Source: a virus
Lineage: Duplodnaviria > Caudoviricetes
IMG/VR virus record: IMGVR_UViG_3300029318_000065
Location: 1 to 30,498 of that record
Direction: 5' to 3' (one strand)
DNA length: 30,498 nucleotides
Position 1 is the first letter of the stretch. Every line of letters starts with the position of its first letter. Position numbers and translations under genes: made by a program. Positions 17,339 through 25,405 of this stretch are shown here, in pieces. The notes under the pieces are model-generated. The model saw only the letters and a program-made list of their open reading frames with translations. It did no database searches and was not told the origin of the DNA.

Positions 17339-17364
17339 AGGAGAGCAGAAATGCTCTCCTTTTT
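17339..17364 (+). terminator. rho-independent terminator
   Basis: AGGAGAGCA-GAAA-TGCTCTCCT-TTTT. Confidence 0.88.
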
Positions 17365-17368
17365 AATG

Positions 17369-17375
17369 CTAAATA
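17369..17375 (+). promoter_or_regulatory. late promoter
   Basis: CTAAATA just after the terminator, upstream of the run of genes containing g3. Confidence 0.65.
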
Positions 17376-17400
17376 ATTTTATAACTCTGACATCTATATC

Positions 17401-17595
17401 ATGGATTATAAACCATATTCTCCAGAGTGGCATCGAAAAAGGTATCTAGAAGAAGCAATCTTTAAATACCTTGACGACTATGTTGCGAACGATATCATTA
17501 TAAATGATATTAAAGATATTCTTCACAGTAGATCTGATGAGGCATATCAAGAGTATATCAAACTCAACGATTTAGAATCCAAACTCACTTCTTGA
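17401..17595 (+). CDS. hypothetical protein
   Basis: 64-aa ORF (YKPYSPEWHRKRYL) after a late promoter. Confidence 0.7.
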   Translation: MDYKPYSPEWHRKRYLEEAIFKYLDDYVANDIIINDIKDILHSRSDEAYQEYIKLNDLESKLTS

Positions 17596-17601
17596 TCACA
17601 C

Positions 17602-17913
17602 ATGCTATCAACGCAATACCGCCTTCGTCTGGAGGGCATATGTCAACGTATCGCCAACAATGAAGAAGTACCTCTCTCAGATATGATCTGGGCAGAGAAA
17701 CTAGCGAAATCATACACCACTGCCCGTGAATGGTTAAAACAAGCAAGACGCCAATCTAAAGGGATTGAGGAGGGCAGTGTAGATGATTTTATGAATAGGA
17801 TGGGTTTGGGAGATCCTGATCCATCCAACCATAAAACAAGATTTGAAGGTGCCGATGAAATTGTAGATTGGTTCCAAAGAGACAAACCTGACGACTGGAG
17901 ACAGCGCGACTAA
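17602..17913 (+). CDS. conserved hypothetical protein
   Basis: 103-aa ORF MLSTQYRLRLEGIC...DMIWAEKLAK...MGLGDPDPSNH...DWRQRD; stop abuts the g3 start. Confidence 0.8.
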   Translation: MLSTQYRLRLEGICQRIANNEEVPLSDMIWAEKLAKSYTTAREWLKQARRQSKGIEEGSVDDFMNRMGLGDPDPSNHKTRFEGADEIVDWFQRDKPDDWRQRD

Positions 17914-18461
17914 TGGCAAACTGGTATCAAGACCAACTAACAAACAGAAACTTTCTTTCTCCTATTGGATATTTGTTCCTATTAGATAAAGCAAAGAAAG
18001 TATCGTTTTTATGTCAACGGGCAGAGATTCCCTCACTGGAATTAGGAGAAGTCAATATTCCTACAGCAGGTTTGGTTCCGTTACCTAGAGAAGGTAATAT
18101 CAGATATGGTGATCTCAACGTTGAGTTTATCGTAGATGAAGATCTAAGGAACTACATGGAAATCCATAACTGGATGCGTGCCTTAGGAACTCCTCAATAC
18201 TATGACGAGCGTTCGGATTGGCACACCAAGTTTAGAGACTCTCCCTCAGAAGATGTACGTTTTTCAGATGCTACTCTGCAAGTTCTGAATAACAATAACA
18301 ACGCAAACTTTGATGTTGTATTCAAAGATTTATTTCCTGTATCATTATCAACTATTGGATTCGATGTATCAAGATCGGATAACGAATTCTTAGTTGCAAC
18401 TGCATCATTTAAATATACTTTATACGAAATCAGAAACGTTAACACTAGAACTAGACGATAG
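17913..18461 (+). CDS. g3: tail completion / sheath stabiliser protein (gp3-like)
   Basis: NRNFLSP..., F.CQ.AEIP.L.LG, L.VEFIVDEDL.NY.EIHNW, SDATL, FKDLFPVSLS; tube-like fold; position between g23 and uvsY. Confidence 0.85.
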   Translation: MANWYQDQLTNRNFLSPIGYLFLLDKAKKVSFLCQRAEIPSLELGEVNIPTAGLVPLPREGNIRYGDLNVEFIVDEDLRNYMEIHNWMRALGTPQYYDERSDWHTKFRDSPSEDVRFSDATLQVLNNNNNANFDVVFKDLFPVSLSTIGFDVSRSDNEFLVATASFKYTLYEIRNVNTRTRR

Positions 18462-18464
18462 GGG

Positions 18465-18493
18465 TTGACTTTTTCTGCATCTTGTGGTATTAT
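18465..18493 (+). promoter_or_regulatory. sigma70-type promoter
   Basis: TTGACT, 17-nt spacer, TG-n-TATTAT; upstream of the uvsY-uvsW genes. Confidence 0.7.
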
Positions 18494-18517
18494 AACTTTG
18501 CCAATGGCAGACCAAAC

Positions 18518-18754
18518 ATGAACGACAATATTGACACCTCATGGAGGCAAGAGTATTTGGGGATCAAAAGTGGTCTATCCAAATCTGAAATTGAACTGCT
18601 AGAGGAAGGACCTCATAGTCTTTCTCAATCTTGGCATCTTCAAGCAATGTACAATGATTGGAAAGTATTGAAAGGGTATAAGGATACCCCTCCTCCAGAT
18701 TGTCAATCCTCCCTAAAGGAATTTTTTGCTAAGCACAAAGAACAAGGCATTTGA
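18518..18754 (+). CDS. hypothetical protein
   Basis: ORF from the ATG at 18518, downstream of the promoter; GPHSLSQSW and PDCQSSLKEF motifs. Confidence 0.7.
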   Translation: MNDNIDTSWRQEYLGIKSGLSKSEIELLEEGPHSLSQSWHLQAMYNDWKVLKGYKDTPPPDCQSSLKEFFAKHKEQGI

Positions 18755-18765
18755 TTATTAGCATT

Positions 18766-19194
18766 ATGAATCTTGAAAAATTTCAGGATATGTGGAGAGT
18801 AGATAGCGTAATAGATGGTGATCTATACTGCGAAGAATCTACAAAAATTCCACAACTTCATATGAAATATATGGAGTATCACAACACCTTCTCTCTTATG
18901 AAGAAGGAAAGAGAACTAGAAATGAAACGTCTAGTTAAAGAAAAATGGTTATACTACAAGGGTAAAGCACCTACTGCAGTATACAAAGAAATGCCATTTG
19001 ATTTCAAACTTACTACTAAGGAAGAAATCTCTATGTTCATTGAAGCGGATGAAGACATCTGCAAACTACAGTATAAAATAGACTACATAGAGCAAGTTCT
19101 ACTGTACCTTGATAGTATTTTACGGATGATCAATAACCGTAATTTCCAAATCAAGAATGCAATTGAATGGGAGAAATTTAAGAATGGATTCTAA
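18766..19194 (+). CDS. uvsY: recombination mediator UvsY
   Basis: W..DS.ID, S.KIPQLH.KY, KWLYYKGK, AD.D, I.NRNFQIKNAIEW.KF. Confidence 0.9.
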   Translation: MNLEKFQDMWRVDSVIDGDLYCEESTKIPQLHMKYMEYHNTFSLMKKERELEMKRLVKEKWLYYKGKAPTAVYKEMPFDFKLTTKEEISMFIEADEDICKLQYKIDYIEQVLLYLDSILRMINNRNFQIKNAIEWEKFKNGF

Positions 19195-19739
19195 TGAACT
19201 ACGGTCTCTGCTACAAAGAAATCTCTTTTAATCATAGGGCAATGAGTATTGTCAATAGAGTAATTGATGATAATCATAAGTGGTCCAGAGGACATGTTCA
19301 TAACGGTTTACAAGACAATAGAAGTTCAGAAATAGCATGGGTAGGAGACAGAGAACTCTTATCCATGCTTTTGCGTATAGTGGGAACAATTAATAAGCAA
19401 GCACGTTGGAACTTGAATATTACTGGTATGGAAGCAGTTCAATATGGTAAGTATGGTAAGGGTGATTTCTATGATTGGCATGTAGATCAACATACTCAAC
19501 CAGTCCGAGGATTGATAAGAAAGGTTAGTATGACTCTGTTTTTAAATGATTGCTACGAGGGAGGGGAGTTTGATTTGGAGATATATAAACCAGAGACAGA
19601 TCCAAGATACAAAACTTTTAAGTTGAAGTCTGGGTCTGCTATTTTTTTCCAAAGTGATCAATGGCATAGAGTCCGTCCGATTATTTCTGGAACCCGTGAA
19701 TCTTTAGTAGCATGGTTTTATGGACCTCCTTATTCGTAA
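19194..19739 (+). CDS. 2OG-Fe(II) oxygenase (prolyl-hydroxylase/PKHD-like)
   Basis: Q...Y..G.FYDWHVD, RKVSMTLFLND.YEGGE, HRVRPI.SG.R.SLVAW..GP. Confidence 0.9.
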   Translation: MNYGLCYKEISFNHRAMSIVNRVIDDNHKWSRGHVHNGLQDNRSSEIAWVGDRELLSMLLRIVGTINKQARWNLNITGMEAVQYGKYGKGDFYDWHVDQHTQPVRGLIRKVSMTLFLNDCYEGGEFDLEIYKPETDPRYKTFKLKSGSAIFFQSDQWHRVRPIISGTRESLVAWFYGPPYS

Positions 19740-21192
19740 AAAGAATGAAGTTTATCTCAAGGTTGAAGCACAACCTCACATAAATTATGAGTTATCAGAC
19801 TTCTTTACGTTTGAGGTTGAGTCTGCTAAGTTCATGCAGAAGACTAGAAGGTATAAGGGTTGGGACGGTAAAATCCGACTGTTTTCGCCAGCAACAGGAG
19901 AGATCTATTGTGGTCTTGTAGACTACTTATTGGATTGGGCGGAAGAGAAAGGATATCAATATCAGATGGAAGATTGTGAATACTTCGGGCATCCACTGTC
20001 AGAAAACCCTATGATCACTCCCAAGTCGGTTGTAGGGTTTGTAAAATCACTGCATCTACCCCCGAGTCTGAAGGTACGGGATTATCAATATAAGGCAATT
20101 TACGAAGCGTTAAAATACAACAGACGATTGTTGCTGTCCCCCACAGCATCAGGAAAGTCTTTGATGATCTATGCATTGGTGCGATACCATACTAATGTTG
20201 GTAGAAATGTTTTAATTGTAGTTCCTACTACTTCTCTGGTCGAGCAGATGTACAAAGACTTTGAGGAATATGGATGGATGGCGACCAAAGATTGCCACAA
20301 AATATATGCGGGGCAAGAAAAATACACGGATCATAGCGTAGTAATCACCACTTGGCAGTCGATCTATAAAGAACCTAGAAAGTGGTTTGATAGGTTTGAC
20401 GTTGTGATCGGTGATGAGGCGCACCAATTCAAAGCTAAGTCTTTGACTACGTTGATGTCTAAGTTGCATGAATGTAAGTATCGTATTGGATTTACTGGAA
20501 CTTTAGACGGAACGAATGTCAACCAGTTGGTGTTAGAAGGTTTGTTTGGTAGATGCTCTCAAGTAACCAGAACAAATCAATTAATGAAAGCAGGTCATGT
20601 TGCCAAACTAAAAGTCAAGATAGTTCTTTTAAAACATGACGAACAATTATTTGAAGGGTATCAAGATGAAATTGAATACCTAATTGAACATGAAGGACGG
20701 AATAAATTTATTCGTAATCTTGCATGTGATGTCAAGGGAAATACACTTGTCCTTTTCAACTATGTAGAGCGACATGGAGAACCTCTTTACAACTTGATAA
20801 ATAGTCATACAGACAGACCCGTGTTTTTCGTTCACGGGGGTGTGGATGTTGATGATCGCGAAGAGATTCGCAGGTTAACGGAGGTGTCGGACAACGCAAT
20901 CATAGTTGCGTCTTATGGTACATTCTCTACAGGCATCAACATAAAAAGATTACATAACGTTATTTTTGCTTCTCCTTCAAAGTCCAGAGTTCGCAACCTA
21001 CAATCTATCGGTCGTGTTCTAAGGAAAGGTGAAAATAAATCACAAGCAACATTGTATGACATTGCGGATGACATTTCCACAGACAGAGGAAACAATTACA
21101 CGTTGAATCATCTAATGGAAAGAGTCAAAATATATAACGAAGAAAAATTTCAGTATGAGCTCATAGATGTAAAACTAAAAGCTTATGATTAA
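19720..21192 (+). CDS. uvsW: SF2 DNA/RNA helicase UvsW
   Basis: WDGKIRLF, RDYQ, SPTASGKS, GDEAH, GFTGT, FSTGINI, QSIGRVLR. Confidence 0.96.
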   Translation: MDLLIRKKNEVYLKVEAQPHINYELSDFFTFEVESAKFMQKTRRYKGWDGKIRLFSPATGEIYCGLVDYLLDWAEEKGYQYQMEDCEYFGHPLSENPMITPKSVVGFVKSLHLPPSLKVRDYQYKAIYEALKYNRRLLLSPTASGKSLMIYALVRYHTNVGRNVLIVVPTTSLVEQMYKDFEEYGWMATKDCHKIYAGQEKYTDHSVVITTWQSIYKEPRKWFDRFDVVIGDEAHQFKAKSLTTLMSKLHECKYRIGFTGTLDGTNVNQLVLEGLFGRCSQVTRTNQLMKAGHVAKLKVKIVLLKHDEQLFEGYQDEIEYLIEHEGRNKFIRNLACDVKGNTLVLFNYVERHGEPLYNLINSHTDRPVFFVHGGVDVDDREEIRRLTEVSDNAIIVASYGTFSTGINIKRLHNVIFASPSKSRVRNLQSIGRVLRKGENKSQATLYDIADDISTDRGNNYTLNHLMERVKIYNEEKFQYELIDVKLKAYD

Positions 21193-21616
21193 TTACGCAA
21201 AACACGACGAAGAATTTCACGGTATATTCAAACTGGTTAGTGGTGAGGAGATCCTTGCCAAAGCAGTTTTGACTGAAGATAAAGGTGAGTCTTTAATTTT
21301 TATTTCTGATCCTGTTAGCGTACAAGCGATCACAAAAGAGATTGGAAATGAAAAGGTAGTAAGGGGTATGGGATTTACAAAGTGGATCCCTATGTCTGAA
21401 GAAGACTTTTATATTCTTAGAGAAAAGGATATCGTGACTATTGCTACAATGAGTAAACCAATAGTCTTGATGTACGAGGCATACATCATTGGTGAAGATG
21501 CCGCAGGTGCGAAATTGAAAGAACGAAAAGTTTCGCCTAGCACCAATGAGGGTTATCTGGGTAATACCGACGACGTTCGTGCCCTCTTAGAAAAAATATA
21601 TAAGATGAATAAGTAA
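21185..21616 (+). CDS. hypothetical protein (possible Sm-like fold)
   Basis: IFKLVSGEEILA...P...KWIP pattern; position between uvsW and g55. Confidence 0.7.
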   Translation: MINYAKHDEEFHGIFKLVSGEEILAKAVLTEDKGESLIFISDPVSVQAITKEIGNEKVVRGMGFTKWIPMSEEDFYILREKDIVTIATMSKPIVLMYEAYIIGEDAAGAKLKERKVSPSTNEGYLGNTDDVRALLEKIYKMNK

Positions 21617-21658
21617 AGCTATTATTCTTCTGAACCCTTACAGTGTTATTTTACTCAA

Positions 21659-21688
21659 ACTTGACAGTGTTGTCAAGTGTGTTATAAT
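21659..21688 (+). promoter_or_regulatory. sigma70-type promoter for g55
   Basis: TTGACA (21661-21666), 16-nt spacer, TATAAT (21683-21688); -35 inside the inverted repeat ACTTGACA-GTGT-TGTCAAGT. Confidence 0.78.
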
Positions 21689-21708
21689 GTACACAAAGCA
21701 AAATTCAT

Positions 21709-22179
21709 ATGAAAGTGACTCCAAAAAAGCGACAGCACTATGTAGATAACCAAGAATTTCTTGCTGCTATCATCAAATACAAAGAGAAAGTTGATTATGC
21801 GAAAGAACATGATCTGCCGAAACCTCGTGTCAATAATTACATTGGTGGTTGCTTTTTGAAGATCGCTACACATTTATCATACAGACCAAACTTCATCAAC
21901 TACATGTATAAAGATGATATGGTTTGTGATGGTATTGAGAATTGTATTCAATATATTGATAACTTCGATCCTGCCAAGAGTAGAAATCCCTTTGCATATT
22001 TTACTCAGATTGTATACTACGCATTCTTGAGAAGGATCGCAAAAGAAAAGAGACAGATGGATATCAAAGATAAAATTTTAGAGAAGTCAGGCTACGATCA
22101 TGTGTTTAGTGTTGACGGAGACGCCAGTTCAGAGTATAATCAAATTAAGTCCCGTGTCGAAATGAATTCTAAACGATGA
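21709..22179 (+). CDS. g55: late transcription sigma factor (gp55)
   Basis: HYVDN.EF, YIG.CFLKIA.HLS.RPNFINY, DGIENC..Y..NFDP.KS.NPFAYFTQI.YYAFLRRI.KEK. Confidence 0.96.
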   Translation: MKVTPKKRQHYVDNQEFLAAIIKYKEKVDYAKEHDLPKPRVNNYIGGCFLKIATHLSYRPNFINYMYKDDMVCDGIENCIQYIDNFDPAKSRNPFAYFTQIVYYAFLRRIAKEKRQMDIKDKILEKSGYDHVFSVDGDASSEYNQIKSRVEMNSKR

Positions 22180-23210
22180 AGATCCTGCTGATTACTGATC
22201 AACACTTCGGAGTTCGCAACGACAATCAACATTTCATCAATCATTATAAAAAGTTTTACAATAATATTGTAATTCCTTTCATCAAAGCGTCTGGTATTAA
22301 ACAGATTATTTGTTTGGGTGATACTTTTGATCGTCGTAGAGCAATTAACTTTATGTCTCTTAATGAGGCAAAGGAAATGTGGTTTGATCCATTGAGAGAT
22401 ATGGGCATTCCAATGACTATGCTTGTAGGTAACCATGACATCTACTACAAAAACACTCTACGAGTTAATGCCCCAAATGAACTCCTTCGGGGGTACGACA
22501 ACATCGATATCATTGATGACTGCGCTACCGTTGATTTTGACGGTCTTTCTGTTCTTCTTTTGTCTTGGATATGTGATGACAACCGAGAGCGATTCCTCAA
22601 GGTTATTCAGGAAACTGATGCTGATGTTTGTATGGGTCACCTTGAGCTTAACGGTTTTGAAGCACATCCTGGTCATGTAATGGAAGGTGGGATGGATCCG
22701 AACATATTCAAAAAATTCAAACGAGTATTTTCGGGACACTATCACCAGAAATCTACTAAAGGAAATATTAGATATCTGGGTAACCCTTATCAACTTTATT
22801 GGAATGACTATGCCTCGAAGAGGGGATTTCACGTCTTTGATACAGATACTCTTAAGACTACTTTTTATCGGAATCCCTTTGATGTTTTCTATAAACTTTA
22901 TTATAATGCTGGAGTTACTATCCCAGACGAATCCGAAGTCAGAGGATCCTTCGTCAAACTAATCGTAGAGGATAAAGGTGATTATTCTAAGTTTGATTAC
23001 ACTGTAAAAGTCTTGCAAGACATGGGTTGTGCAGACTTAAAAATTGTAGAAGATCTTAGTGTAGCACTAGAAAACGGTACTGAAGTAGTGGAGACCGAAG
23101 ATACAATGACATTGCTTGACAAATATATAGATGATATAGAGATGAAAGTCAACAAATCTAATATCAAATCTGTCATGCGGTCGTTGTATACAGAGGCATC
23201 TGCACTATAA
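22176..23210 (+). CDS. g47: recombination endonuclease subunit gp47 (Mre11/SbcD-like)
   Basis: Metallophosphoesterase motifs TDQHFG, LGDTFD, GNHD, GHLE, SGHYH. Confidence 0.95.
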   Translation: MKILLITDQHFGVRNDNQHFINHYKKFYNNIVIPFIKASGIKQIICLGDTFDRRRAINFMSLNEAKEMWFDPLRDMGIPMTMLVGNHDIYYKNTLRVNAPNELLRGYDNIDIIDDCATVDFDGLSVLLLSWICDDNRERFLKVIQETDADVCMGHLELNGFEAHPGHVMEGGMDPNIFKKFKRVFSGHYHQKSTKGNIRYLGNPYQLYWNDYASKRGFHVFDTDTLKTTFYRNPFDVFYKLYYNAGVTIPDESEVRGSFVKLIVEDKGDYSKFDYTVKVLQDMGCADLKIVEDLSVALENGTEVVETEDTMTLLDKYIDDIEMKVNKSNIKSVMRSLYTEASAL

Positions 23211-23464
23211 TGTTTATTCTTACCGATAAAAAAACTGGTGGTGTCTATGCCACCAAAAACAAAACTGGTAAAGTCGTACAAGTTTTTGAAGACGAAGACG
23301 ATGCTACTAGATATATGATTCTTCTGGAAGCAGAAGAGTATTCAGAAGAATTAGAAATTATGGAAGTGGATACAGAACTTGTCGCTATGAATTGTGACAG
23401 TTATGGGTATTCTTATGCTATAGTAGAACCAACTGACTTGCTTATCCCTAGACTTGATACATGA
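23210..23464 (+). CDS. DUF3110-like hypothetical protein
   Basis: GVYA...V..FEDEDDATRY..LLEA...C...GY resembles cyanobacterial DUF3110 (recall). Confidence 0.65.
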   Translation: MFILTDKKTGGVYATKNKTGKVVQVFEDEDDATRYMILLEAEEYSEELEIMEVDTELVAMNCDSYGYSYAIVEPTDLLIPRLDT

Positions 23465-25182
23465 TTGTTTTTGAAAATATCAAGTGGAAGAACTTTCTCT
23501 CCACTGGTGACCAATGGACAGAGATTAATCTCAGTGAGAGTCCATCGACTCTTATTGTTGGTGCTAATGGTGCAGGCAAGTCTACACTCCTAGATGCTTT
23601 GTGCTTTGCTCTCTTTAACAAACCATTTAGAAAAATTAGTAGAGGGCAACTAGTAAACAGTATTAATGAAAAAGGACTCAAGGTTGAAGTATGCTTTAGT
23701 ATTGGGCGGGATGAGTATCGTGTCTTTCGCGGAGCGAAGCCTAATATCTTTGAGGTATACAAAAACAATAAAATGGTTGACCAAGATGCTGCTGCCAGAG
23801 ACACGCAGAAGTATCTCGAACAATCAGTTCTCAAACTCAATTACAAATCATTCACACAAGTTGTCATCTTGGGTTCATCCACATTTGTCCCCTTCATGCA
23901 ACTTACCGCACCTCACCGACGAGAAGTTATTGAAGATCTACTTGACATCAACATCTTCTCGCACATGAATACAATCCTGAAGGATCGTGTTCGCAATGCT
24001 ATGACTCAAAGTCGTGATTGTGATCATCTCCTTCATATTGCAGAGGAGCGTGTAAATAATCAAGAAAGAATTATCAATACTCTTACTGAAGTAAATCAAA
24101 ATCGTCAAGAAGAAAAGAAAAATACTCTGACGAATAATAAGAAAAAAATTGAAACAGAACAGAAAGCACACGAGAAACTAAAAGAAGAAGTTGATAGTCT
24201 TAACGTACAGTTTGATGGTGTAGAGGAACATAAAGAAGTATTGGATAGTCTTCGACAAAAACAATCTGATTGTAATTCGGAACTTAAATCTACTGCGAAA
24301 GAATTGAAATTCTTTAAGACGCATGATGAGTGTCCTACTTGCTCTCAGCAAATTGAGAAAGCATTTCAAAATGCAATGATCGGTAATCTTGAAACTAGGG
24401 GTAAGAATCTCACTAAAGAATTTAAAGGACTCACTAATCAGATTGCTGATGCAGTTGGTATTATTGAGAAGATGGAAGATATTTCAAGGAAGGCAGTTGA
24501 AACTCGTAGTAGAATCTCTGCATCTGAAAGAGAGATTGTACGTCTTGAGATGGAAAATTTGCAGATCAATAAAGAGTTGATTGAGTTGCAAACAAATACT
24601 CCTAACATTACAAGTGAAAAAGAATCGCTAGTCAAATTTCAAAAAGAACTGGAGGTAACTCAAAAAGATTGTGGCAAGATTAGTCAATCTCTTGATGAGT
24701 TTAAAGTTGTTAGTAGTCTTCTGAAAGACTCTGGTATCAAAAGTCAAATTATCAAAAAATATGTCCCTATCTTTAATAATCTAATCAATAAATATCTGCA
24801 CAGTATGGACTTCTTTGTCAACTTCACACTTGATGAAGAATTCAAAGAAGTTATCAAGAGCAGATTCCGAGATGAATTTTCATACTCATCTTTCTCTGAA
24901 GGTGAAAAGCAAAAGATTGACCTTGCTCTACTGTTCACATGGCGTGAAGTTGCTCGTATGAAGAATAGTGTTGCAACTAATCTTCTAATCCTTGATGAAG
25001 TTTTTGATAGTTCTTTGGATACTGAAGGTACAAATGAACTCTTGAAGATTCTTCGTTCACTGGGTAATACAACCAACGTATTTGTGATATCTCATAAAGG
25101 TGAAATTCTCGTAGATAAGTTTCTGCGAACGGTAAAATTTGAAAAGATAAATGATTTCTCGAAAATGTCAGACGATTCGTAA
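23461..25182 (+). CDS. g46: recombination endonuclease subunit gp46 (Rad50/SbcC-like)
   Basis: KNFLS, Walker A GANGAGKST, zinc hook CPTC, signature FSEGEK, Walker B LILDEVFD, ISH. Confidence 0.97.
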   Translation: MIVFENIKWKNFLSTGDQWTEINLSESPSTLIVGANGAGKSTLLDALCFALFNKPFRKISRGQLVNSINEKGLKVEVCFSIGRDEYRVFRGAKPNIFEVYKNNKMVDQDAAARDTQKYLEQSVLKLNYKSFTQVVILGSSTFVPFMQLTAPHRREVIEDLLDINIFSHMNTILKDRVRNAMTQSRDCDHLLHIAEERVNNQERIINTLTEVNQNRQEEKKNTLTNNKKKIETEQKAHEKLKEEVDSLNVQFDGVEEHKEVLDSLRQKQSDCNSELKSTAKELKFFKTHDECPTCSQQIEKAFQNAMIGNLETRGKNLTKEFKGLTNQIADAVGIIEKMEDISRKAVETRSRISASEREIVRLEMENLQINKELIELQTNTPNITSEKESLVKFQKELEVTQKDCGKISQSLDEFKVVSSLLKDSGIKSQIIKKYVPIFNNLINKYLHSMDFFVNFTLDEEFKEVIKSRFRDEFSYSSFSEGEKQKIDLALLFTWREVARMKNSVATNLLILDEVFDSSLDTEGTNELLKILRSLGNTTNVFVISHKGEILVDKFLRTVKFEKINDFSKMSDDS

Positions 25183-25384
25183 TGCATGGAGAGTCTGGGC
25201 AAAAGCATTAGGTGCGAAGGATGGACGAACAAACAGAGAAGCTGATACTATTGCTGGCATACGCACCCTTATTTTTATCGCTTACATGGTTACCAATGTG
25301 GCTATCGTTGCCAATGCGGTGAGGCACTGGGACAGTAATAAAAGTGTCCACCCCATTGACCACTGTCGATCTGATGTGCTATGA
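25151..25384 (+). CDS. small membrane hypothetical protein
   Basis: WRVWAKALG.K...EAD.IA.IRT followed by a hydrophobic helix; start uncertain. Confidence 0.6.
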   Translation: MISRKCQTIRNAWRVWAKALGAKDGRTNREADTIAGIRTLIFIAYMVTNVAIVANAVRHWDSNKSVHPIDHCRSDVL

Positions 25385-25385
25385 T
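25341..25385 (+). promoter_or_regulatory. early-type promoter with upstream TGTCCAC box
   Basis: AAGTGTCCAC-N4-TTGACC-N18-TATGAT with an extended -10 (TGC); same geometry as 27732-27775. Confidence 0.7.
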
Positions 25386-25405
25386 GTATACATCTAAAGA
25401 AAACC

